A stretch of DNA of 64,000 nt, taken from the NCBI GenBank assembly GCA_963824385.1, contig CAWGPD010000004.1, forward strand, positions 544,001 through 608,000. Direction: 5' to 3'. Under the pieces are notes generated by a model, which saw only the letters and a program-made list of their open reading frames with translations, ran no database searches and had not been told where the DNA came from. The position numbers were made by a program, and so were the translations under genes. Shown in pieces: positions 55,946-64,000 of the stretch; the stretch's first letter is position 1, and every line of letters starts with the position of its first letter. This DNA comes from an uncultured Nitrososphaerota archaeon (GTDB lineage: Archaea > Thermoproteota > Nitrososphaeria > Nitrososphaerales > Nitrosopumilaceae).

Positions 55946-56568
55946 TTGTCTTCACAAGAATTCAGACACATAGTTAGAATTGCGGGTAAGGATGTTCCCG
56001 GTGCCAAAAAGACCATCATAGGAGTTGGTCAAGTAAAGGGCATAGGTTACAATTTTGCAAGAGCACTTTTACAAGTTTTAAAAATCAATCCAGATAGTAA
56101 TGTAGGTTTTCTCACAGAATCACAAGTAGTAGAGATAGAGAACGCAATGAAAAATCCTTCATCTGTAAATATACCATCTTGGTTTCTAAATAGACAAAAA
56201 GACATGGACACTGGAAATGATTTTCATCTGATTACTTCTGATGTTGATTTTACCAAAAGAAATGATATTGAGAGAGAGAAAGGCATGAACAGTTGGAGAG
56301 GATTTCGTCACACATATGGATTAAAAGTTCGTGGACAAAGTACACGTACCACTGGTAGAAAAGGTGGTGCCGTTGGAGTAAAGAAAGGAGGTAAAGTTTT
56401 ACCAGCTGGTTCTCCAGGTGCTCCAGCCGCTGAAGGTGCAGCTCCTGCAGCAGCTCCAAAGGCGGGTGCAGCTCCTGCAGCAGCTCCAAAGGCGGGTGCA
56501 GCTCCTGCAGCAGCTCCAAAGGCGGGTGCACTCCTGCAGCAAAACCAGCTGCGGAAAAGAAGAAGTAG
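55946..56568 (+). CDS. rps13: 30S ribosomal protein uS13 with Ala/Pro-rich tail; 1-bp deletion near 56531
   Basis: [22 protein letters not shown]; corrected end ...AKPAAEKKK*. Confidence 0.95.
56435..56541 (+). repeat. 30-bp coding tandem repeat, 3 copies plus partial ([10 protein letters not shown])
   Basis: GGTGCAGCTCCTGCAGCAGCTCCAAAGGCG x3. Confidence 0.95.
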
Positions 56569-56577
56569 GTGAATTAG

Positions 56578-57144
56578 ATGGGAGATCATCCAAAGAATTC
56601 GCGCAAAATGTGGAGAAAACCAAAGCGTCCTCTTAACTATGATTTACTAAATGAGGAATTACATGTTTTAGGTACTTTTGGTCTTAAAAACAAAAGAGAG
56701 TTATGGAAAGCACATACAGAACTTTCAAGAATAAGAAATCAAGCAAGATCACTATTAGCATTAACACAAGATATCAGAATTACAAAAGAACCAATACTTA
56801 TGAAATCACTTGCACGGGTAGGACTTGTAAAAGAAAATGCAACATTAGATGATGTACTCAACCTAAAAGTAGCGGACTTTTTATCTAGACGATTACAAAC
56901 ATTCATTCAGAAAAAAGAATCAATCAAGAGTCCATATTTGGCAAGACAGATAGTTGTTCATGGTCATGTAATGATTGGAGATAGAGTAGTTACCATCCCT
57001 TCCTACACAGTAAAAGTTGAAGAAGAAGATCAGATTCACTTGTCACCAGAATTAGACCTTAACAAGGCAAAACAACCTCTTGTCCAAGCAGTAGAAGCAG
57101 CGCAGCCAGATGAAGAAGTAAAAACTGAACAACCAGCTGTGTAA
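56578..57144 (+). CDS. rps4: 30S ribosomal protein uS4
   Basis: FGLKNKRELW, RRLQT, ARQIVVHGH. Confidence 0.96.
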   Translation: MGDHPKNSRKMWRKPKRPLNYDLLNEELHVLGTFGLKNKRELWKAHTELSRIRNQARSLLALTQDIRITKEPILMKSLARVGLVKENATLDDVLNLKVADFLSRRLQTFIQKKESIKSPYLARQIVVHGHVMIGDRVVTIPSYTVKVEEEDQIHLSPELDLNKAKQPLVQAVEAAQPDEEVKTEQPAV

Positions 57145-57189
57145 AATACACGCAATCATTATTTATCAAGAAAATACATTAAGATCAAT

Positions 57190-58950
57190 ATGTGTTCGAT
57201 TATAGGATATCTCGGTATCAGTGCTGCAGCCCCAATAATAGTCAAGGGACTAAAAAGGATGGAATATCGTGGCTATGATAGTGTAGGAGTTGCAACTTTT
57301 TCTGAGCATCAGATCAATGTACGAAAAGGAGTAGGCAAAGTCTTAGAAGTAAATAAAACAGTAAAGCTTGACGAACTTACTGGAACAATAGGAATAGGTC
57401 ATACACGTTGGGCTACCCATGGAATGGTAACTGATGCAAATGCGCACCCACATCCATCAAGTTCAGGAGAAATTGCTATCGTACATAATGGAATAATTGA
57501 AAATCATGAAGAATTAAAAAAAGAACTTCAAACACGAGGTTATACTTTTAAAAGTCAGACAGACAGTGAGGTGATTGCAAATCTTCTTCAATATAATTAT
57601 GACAAGACAAAAGAGATTAAAAAATCCATAGTAGATACATTATCTGAACTAAAAGGAAATTACGCTTTTGTAGCAGTGTTTCAGGATGGCACGTTAGCTG
57701 CAGTAGACTACACGAACCACTCATAATTGGAGTTGGAAAAGAAGGATATTTCATTTCAAGTGATGTATTAGGATTTGTAGAATATACTGATGAAGTGATT
57801 TATCCAGATAACAAAGAATTTGTTATCATTGATTCGTCAGGATTGAAGATCTTTGATTTTGATGCAAATCCAGTACAGCACCAAATAACTAAAGTATCAA
57901 AGGAATTTGCTGATGCATACAAGGGACAATATGCTCATTACACTTTGAAAGAGATTTCGGAACAGCCTACAACAATATTGAATGCTGGAAATAATACTAA
58001 AATTGAGATAGATTTAGCTTCTGATTTGATAAAACATGCAAGAAATTTGTACATTACTGGAAGCGGAACAAGCTATAACGCAGCGTTAATTGCAAAATTT
58101 CTCTTTTCAAAATATGCAAAGATAAAGATAGATCCATTAATTTCCAGTGAAGCACAATTTTCCCCGGACATATTTGAAGAGAAATCAATTCTAATTGCAA
58201 TATCTCAAAGTGGAGAAAGTGCAGATGTATTAGAGGCTGTAAACATTGCGAAAAAGACAGGATCTAAAATCATATCAATTGTCAACATGATGACATCTTC
58301 ACTAGTTCACCAATCGTCGATTTCAATTGGACTTAACTGCGGTCCAGAGATAGGAGTTGCAGCCACTAAAAGTTTTACGTCACAACTTGTAGTATTATAC
58401 AAAATGGTCGATAAAATATGTGATGGGTGTATAGAGTTAGATCTTCCAAAGGTATCAGAGGCAATAAAGAAGGTTCTTTCTAATGATTCCAAAATTAGAG
58501 ATGTTGCAAGGAGGCTAAAAGATGTTTCAGATATTTACGTATTAGGAAGAGGTGTTCACTATCCAATTGCCTCAGAAGGATCATTGAAGCTAAAGGAGCT
58601 TACATACATTCATGCGGAGGGACTTCCAGGTGGAGAATTAAAACATGGTCCATTAGCATTAATGGATTCAAATTCATATGTTTTAATCATCAATCCAAAT
58701 GATTCTACCTACAATGATACGTTAACATCAGCAAGAGAAATTAAAGCTAGAGGAGCAAAGATAATAGGAATTTCTGATAAGCCAAGTGATGTATATGATT
58801 ATTGGATAGATATTCCCACTATCACAGAGTCATTGTATCCTCTTGTAGAGATAGTACCAATACAGACTTCTTGCATATTATGCTGCACTTGAAAAAGATA
58901 CAGATCCTGATTATCCTAGAAACTTGGCAAAATCAGTAACAGTCAAGTGA
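57190..58950 (+). CDS. glmS: Glutamine--fructose-6-P transaminase; frameshifts near 57705 and 58865
   Basis: N-terminal MC, EYRGYDS, GHTRWATHG, SQSGE, ELKHGP, tail PRNLAKSVTVK*. Confidence 0.95.
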
Positions 58951-59998
58951 TTTTTTCATATTCTTTTTCAGTTAAATCCAAAAGACCCTTGGCATCAATT
59001 CCCGTTTTCAACATACATGCAATAGATGCACCTCCTGCACCAGCTCCTTCTTTGACAAAACCCTCTGCATATGATCGTAATCCAGAAATTTTAGATTCTC
59101 CAAGTTTTAGTTTAGCAACTAATATAGGAATATCCATAATCTGTGAAACAGTCTCGATTAAATTTGCAGATTTGTCGTCTGTGATATAAGAGGTGGTGCC
59201 AAGAGCTGTATTCTTTCCTTCAAATCCCATACTTTTTGCAAAGGCAAGTACTGCAGCCATTTGCGTTCCCCCTGCTAACATCACTCTAGATAATTCTGAA
59301 GCTGTACTAAGAATACCCGCAACTGTTGGAATCATCGGATCACCTAGTTGTGAAACAATTTCAAATGGATTCTTTGATTGTAGTCTTTTTAATGCGTCTT
59401 TTACTGTTTTAATCTTAAGCCCTACAGGATTTTCTGGCATGCTACTACTGACAAGTCCTTTAATTCCCAGTCCTTCAAGTACTCCAAGGGCAGTTGTAGT
59501 ACCACCCGGAATACTTTCACCAACAACAAGACAATCAGTCGAAGCTCCTAGGAATCTTCCAATTATTCTACCATATTCTACAGCCTTTCCAACTTCCTCC
59601 ATACTGAGTGCTGGCTCTTTTGCAATATTTTTTCCATAATCTAGATTCATATCAATAAAAGGAAGTTTTGGCGATACCTTACTGCCTGCATTTATAACAA
59701 TACTTGAAATGCTTGCTGCTTCTAATGCTGTTTTTGTTAATAATGCAGGTGTTGGTTTTCCATCAGGAGTCATAGGAATTACAGAAATACTCTTACAATG
59801 TCCGTAATGGATAAATTCAGCATCAGCAGGTCCAGTGAATTTTATTAGATCAGGGTGCTCTCCAGCTATAGTTATTCCTGGTATTTCTGATGTTGCAGTA
59901 TAAGAAATAACCAAGGAAAAAATGAATTTTTTTTGTTTGGTTTGTTTTATGAATTCTAAACCTTTTTGATTGTTTCCAAATATCTCAATGTCTTGCAA
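58943..59998 (-). CDS. cobT: Archaeal nicotinate-nucleotide phosphoribosyltransferase CobT
   Basis: PTPALLT, GESIPGGTTTA, LAGGTQM, VKEGAGAGG. Confidence 0.9.
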   Translation of the reverse strand: MQDIEIFGNNQKGLEFIKQTKQKKFIFSLVISYTATSEIPGITIAGEHPDLIKFTGPADAEFIHYGHCKSISVIPMTPDGKPTPALLTKTALEAASISSIVINAGSKVSPKLPFIDMNLDYGKNIAKEPALSMEEVGKAVEYGRIIGRFLGASTDCLVVGESIPGGTTTALGVLEGLGIKGLVSSSMPENPVGLKIKTVKDALKRLQSKNPFEIVSQLGDPMIPTVAGILSTASELSRVMLAGGTQMAAVLAFAKSMGFEGKNTALGTTSYITDDKSANLIETVSQIMDIPILVAKLKLGESKISGLRSYAEGFVKEGAGAGGASIACMLKTGIDAKGLLDLTEKEYEKIT

Positions 59999-60001
59999 TG
60001 G

Positions 60002-60616
60002 TTAATCACTGCCCATAAAATTCACAAACTCTTCTTCGGTTCTAGGCTGTAATACAAAGTTAGTTTTTTTTTCTTTACCTATAGTTGAATTTGGAGAGGT
60101 TCCATAATTATGTCCAGGATACAACATGAGATCATCGTCAAGTTTGTAAATAATATCAAACAAGCTATGATAAAGCTCTTTTGCGCTTCCTCCGGGTAAA
60201 TCAACTCTTCCACAATTTCCTACAAAAAGTGCATCTCCTGAAAAGATTTTTCCATCACCAACCAGACAAATACTATCTTTTGAATGCCCTGGAGTGTGAA
60301 TCACAGTAAGTTCAGAATTACCAAACTTGATTTTTTCAGCATTAGATAATCGTATATCATTCTTTAAAGTAGAGTACTCGTGTTGCAAGATTTTAGATTT
60401 AGTATGTTTTACTATTGCATCATTTCCTATTGTATGATCAAAATGGTGATGTGTGTTTATCACATATTTGACTTTTAGACTGTTTCTTTCCAATGTTTCA
60501 ATTACCAGGTCCAAATCCCAAGATGGATCAATGATTACTGCTTCTTTTGTCTCTTCATCTTCAAGAACATAAGTGAAGTTTTGCATATTTCCTACTTCCA
60601 GTTGATGCACTATCAT
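60002..60616 (-). CDS. Metallo-beta-lactamase-fold hydrolase (glyoxalase II-like)
   Basis: THHHFDH, HTPGH, FSGDALF, PGH. Confidence 0.92.
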   Translation of the reverse strand: MIVHQLEVGNMQNFTYVLEDEETKEAVIIDPSWDLDLVIETLERNSLKVKYVINTHHHFDHTIGNDAIVKHTKSKILQHEYSTLKNDIRLSNAEKIKFGNSELTVIHTPGHSKDSICLVGDGKIFSGDALFVGNCGRVDLPGGSAKELYHSLFDIIYKLDDDLMLYPGHNYGTSPNSTIGKEKKTNFVLQPRTEEEFVNFMGSD

Positions 60617-61263
60617 AGCGCACCAATCTCCGCTTCTGGTGGTATTCCTATTTTCTCAACAATTATCTTACCACACATATCTAGATTTTTTGGCAGTCCA
60701 ATTTTCATTTTATGAAAAGTTATAGTAACATCAGCTTTTACACACTTGTCATTTACCAGTCCTGTATCTGGATCAAGACCTGTTGGTATATCAACTGCTA
60801 ATTTGAAAGCATGTGATTGATTTATGAGATTTATTGCTGATGAGTAAGGTTCTCTGATGCTTCCAGATATACCAGTTCCAATAATTCCATCTACAATAAC
60901 TTCTGCATCAATAACAAGCCCAACAGCGTCAGATGCAAGTACAAGATTTATCGAATCCATCTTTTCTAAAATCTTCCAGTTAGATTTGGCTTCATCTGTT
61001 TTTATTTTATCAGGATGTCCTAGAAGTATGACTGTAGGTTGGCATCCAAATCCAGCCAAGTGTCGTGCCACAACAAAAGCATCACCTCCATTATTTCCCA
61101 ATCCTGCAAAAACCGTTACCTTTTTTGATGTTAAATCAGAATAGTGCTCAACAACATGTCTTGCAGTAGCAGCGCCTGCATTTTCCATCATGAGTTTTCT
61201 AAAAAAACCCATCCGATGCCCATTCTCTTCAATTTGCATCATTTGTTTTACCGTGATTTCCAT
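60613..61263 (-). CDS. nnrE: NAD(P)H-hydrate epimerase (YjeF N-terminal)
   Basis: MMENAG, GLGNNGGDA, DGIIGTG, VDIPTG. Confidence 0.92.
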   Translation of the reverse strand: MEITVKQMMQIEENGHRMGFFRKLMMENAGAATARHVVEHYSDLTSKKVTVFAGLGNNGGDAFVVARHLAGFGCQPTVILLGHPDKIKTDEAKSNWKILEKMDSINLVLASDAVGLVIDAEVIVDGIIGTGISGSIREPYSSAINLINQSHAFKLAVDIPTGLDPDTGLVNDKCVKADVTITFHKMKIGLPKNLDMCGKIIVEKIGIPPEAEIGAL

Positions 61264-61572
61264 AACAATATGGAATTTTATGTTAAATATGGGCTTTACC
61301 AATGCGGAATTCATATCCGAGATTTGTCATATTATATAAAATATCAAAATTACTGGAACTATTTAGCAATCATGTAACAAATAAAGTATGAATTTCAAGA
61401 ACAATGGCAACATCATAATAATGATGATTGTGATAGAAAATTCAACATTTTGTTTGACGTGTAACAAAATATTAGATGTAAAGTTATTTTATTGAATGCA
61501 AATTATGATACGGTCATTATCATATGATAATATTTTTTTACCAGTTCAATTTATTGTGTTTTGAATTTTTAA

Positions 61573-61657
61573 TGCGGGAGAAGGGATTTGAACCCTCGAA
61601 ATCCTAAGATACTAGCCCCTCAAGCTAGCGCCTTTGACCAGGCTGGGCGACTCCCGC
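61573..61657 (-). tRNA. tRNA-Leu(GAG), 85 nt, no intron
   Basis: GCGGGAG acceptor, CTAGC-TT-GAG-GG-GCTAG anticodon arm, long variable arm, GGTTCAAAT T-loop. Confidence 0.95.
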
Positions 61658-61706
61658 ACATTTGGTTTTACCCATGTATGGTTTTTATAAGCCTTGATTA
61701 CTTTTT

Positions 61707-61949
61707 GTGTCTGTGCTGATTCCTGTTAGATGTTTTAGTTGTGGAAATTTAATTGCGGACAAATTTAAAGAATATCAGAATCGTGTAAAAAGTGGTGAAG
61801 ATCCAAAAAAGGTTTTGGATTCTTTCGGTTTCAAAAGATATTGTTGCAGAGCTATGATATTAACATCAGTTGAAACAATACATCAAGTCATTCCATTTTA
61901 CGAAGCAATTAAGAGAAGAGAACAAGAAGTTAGAGCAGAATTAGAATAG
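61707..61949 (+). CDS. rpoN: RNA polymerase subunit N (Rpo10)
   Basis: IPVRCFSCG, RYCCR. Confidence 0.96.
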   Translation: MSVLIPVRCFSCGNLIADKFKEYQNRVKSGEDPKKVLDSFGFKRYCCRAMILTSVETIHQVIPFYEAIKRREQEVRAELE

Positions 61950-61950
61950 A

Positions 61951-63189
61951 ATGCCTCTGATTACTTCAATCATAGGCAGAATCCTTTACAACAGTAGAGG
62001 AAGTCAAACCATAGAAGTTGATGTCATATCAGATAAAAAACATATAGGACGAGTATGTGCTCCCTCAGGTGCAAGTGTTGGTAAATACGAATCTCAGAGC
62101 TTTCCTCAAGATAAGCCAGAAAAGAGTTTAGATATTTTAAAAAAAAATGTAAAGAAATTTATCGGTCTTGATCCATCAAATTTAAAAATAATTCATGAGA
62201 CTTTAAGAGAGATTGATCCAACTCCCAATTATTCTAAAGTTGGAGGTTCTCTGGCATTTGCATTAACTATTGCATCAATCGAGTCTGCTTCAAAATCATC
62301 AGATGTCCCAATGTTCAAATTATTGGCAAGAAATTCAACTTTTAGATTCCCATTTCCTCTTGGAAATATCATAGGCGGAGGAGCTCATGCAGGACCTGGT
62401 ACGCCAGATATTCAAGAAATTCTAGTTTGTGCAACGGGCTCCAAAACTATTCGTGATGCAATAGAGGTCAACTTGTCGGTTCATAAAGAAGTAGGAAAGA
62501 TTCTAGCTAAAAAAGATCCAAATTTCACAAAGGGTAGAGGAGATGAGGGCGGTTGGGCACCCAAATTAAAAAATGATAAAGCATTAGAAGTAGCTGCAAA
62601 AGCTTGTGAGCAGCTTGGTTTTACATTAGGAAAAGAAGTTTCATTAGGAGTGGATTTTGCTTCAACCACACAATGGAACGAAAAGAAAAAGAGATACGTG
62701 TATGATAGAGCAGGTTTTGAAAATACTCCACAAAGACAGATTGAATTTGCTTCAGATATAATAAAAAAATACAAACTTGTTTATGCTGAAGATGCCGTTC
62801 ACGAAGAAGATTTTGAAGGCATGGCTATCTTGACCAAAAAATTCCCACGTGTATTGGTTACAGGAGATGACCTTTTAGTAACAAATACAAAAATTCTCAA
62901 AAAAGCAATAAAAATAAGAGCGTGTAGTGGTGCCATATTAAAAGTAAATCAAGCAGGAAGCCTCTATGATGCTTTAGAGTTTGCAAAAGAGGCAAACAAT
63001 AACAATGTAAAAATAATCACATCCCATCGATCTGGAGAATCAACTGATTCCCATATATCTCACATTGGACTTGCGACTAAATCAAAGATGCTCAAGGTCG
63101 GCATATTAGGTGGAGAAAGAATAGCCAAACTTAATGAATTAGTACGACTTTCAGAGTATGATTTAATACGTGGAATGGCCGAGATTTAG
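61951..63189 (+). CDS. eno: Enolase
   Basis: PSGASVG, GDEGG, TGDDL, KVNQ, SHRSGES, AKLNEL. Confidence 0.95.
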   Translation: MPLITSIIGRILYNSRGSQTIEVDVISDKKHIGRVCAPSGASVGKYESQSFPQDKPEKSLDILKKNVKKFIGLDPSNLKIIHETLREIDPTPNYSKVGGSLAFALTIASIESASKSSDVPMFKLLARNSTFRFPFPLGNIIGGGAHAGPGTPDIQEILVCATGSKTIRDAIEVNLSVHKEVGKILAKKDPNFTKGRGDEGGWAPKLKNDKALEVAAKACEQLGFTLGKEVSLGVDFASTTQWNEKKKRYVYDRAGFENTPQRQIEFASDIIKKYKLVYAEDAVHEEDFEGMAILTKKFPRVLVTGDDLLVTNTKILKKAIKIRACSGAILKVNQAGSLYDALEFAKEANNNNVKIITSHRSGESTDSHISHIGLATKSKMLKVGILGGERIAKLNELVRLSEYDLIRGMAEI

Positions 63190-63198
63190 AAACACGCA

Positions 63199-63873
63199 AT
63201 GAGCAAGCAAGAAGACTTTGAACACATGGAAAAATACGTGTTATCTACTGGAATAAGAGTAGGAACTCAAGTAAAAACAAAATTTATGAACTCATTTGTT
63301 ACCAAGGCAACAAATGAAGGATTATACATTATTGACAGCAAGAAAACATTATCAAGAATTCAAACTGCAGCCAAGTTTATCAATAGAGCAGATATCACAA
63401 AAGTTCTAGTTTGTTCTGGTAGAGAATATGCCAGCACCCCAGTTGAGAAATTCTGTGAGATTACTGGTGCAACTCCTATGCTTGGAAGATTCATGCCAGG
63501 AACTCTTACAAATCCATCATTACCATATTACAGGGAACCTGAATTAGTGTTCATCTCAGATCCACAAGTAGATGAACAAGCAATTGTAGAAGCTACTAAT
63601 GCAGGAATTCCAGTCATAGGAATTTCAAATACAGATAATGTTACATCTAAAATTGATTTGATAATTCCAGCAAATAATAGAGGAAGAAAATCCTTAGCTG
63701 CAACTTATTGGTTATTAGCAAGAGAAATTCTAATGCAGAAAGGTAAACTAAAAAATGCAGAATCTATGAAATATCAGATAGACGACTTTGAAACAAAGAT
63801 AACAGAAGAAGAATTAGAAGAAGAGGCAGCAGAAAGAATGGCACCTTCAAGAATGAGAACGCAGAGGCAATAA
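63199..63873 (+). CDS. rps2: 30S ribosomal protein uS2
   Basis: GRFMPGTLTN, IPANNRG. Confidence 0.96.
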   Translation: MSKQEDFEHMEKYVLSTGIRVGTQVKTKFMNSFVTKATNEGLYIIDSKKTLSRIQTAAKFINRADITKVLVCSGREYASTPVEKFCEITGATPMLGRFMPGTLTNPSLPYYREPELVFISDPQVDEQAIVEATNAGIPVIGISNTDNVTSKIDLIIPANNRGRKSLAATYWLLAREILMQKGKLKNAESMKYQIDDFETKITEEELEEEAAERMAPSRMRTQRQ

Positions 63874-63877
63874 CACA

Positions 63878-64000
63878 ATGCAGGTGAGGACACCAGCTGT
63901 TGCTGGAATGTTCTATCCAAAAACAAATCAAGAGTTAAAATCAGCCATAAGAAATTGTTTTTTACATAATTATGGTCCTGGAAAATTACCACCTTCTCTA
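63878..64000 (+). CDS. MEMO1 family protein (AmmeMemoRadiSam B), N-terminus only; not in ORF track
   Basis: Translates MQVRTPAVAGMFYPKTNQELKSAIRNCFLHNYGPG; RxPAVAGxFYP is the MEMO1 N-terminal motif. Confidence 0.85.
   Translation, partial: MQVRTPAVAGMFYPKTNQELKSAIRNCFLHNYGPGKLPPSL

Noticed and set aside
61264..61572. Integrated element or att site at the tRNA-Leu 3' end
   Set aside because: AT-rich 300-bp gap, but I saw no duplicated tRNA end and no integrase.

Overview
AT-rich chromosomal window from an ammonia-oxidising archaeon (Nitrososphaerota/Thaumarchaeota; Nitrosotalea-like is my inference). The assignment rests on archaeal ribosomal and RNAP genes, an unsplit RpoA and PEFG-CTERM proteins. 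Most of the window is core machinery: fragmented r-protein operons, secY/secE/ftsY, rpoH-B-A-rpl30e-nusA-rps12-rps7, alaS, leuS, pckA, mdh, glmS, eno, tRNA-Gln(CTG) with two introns and tRNA-Leu(GAG). About 18 single-base lesions interrupt genes, many essential, so they most likely reflect an unpolished assembly. The most unusual region is 34.6-41.1 kb, a tandem array of six PEFG-CTERM surface-protein genes. Their bodies are largely divergent, but the last 102 bp are identical at DNA level (two alleles differing by 2 nt), and neighbours share other identical modules, suggesting recombinational homogenisation or module shuffling. A second notable locus is a nickel-pincer cofactor cluster (larB/larC/larE with Fe-S-type cysteines plus a cysteine desulfurase) flanking mdh, with no larA in the window. 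No CRISPR array, transposase, integrase or rRNA gene was seen.
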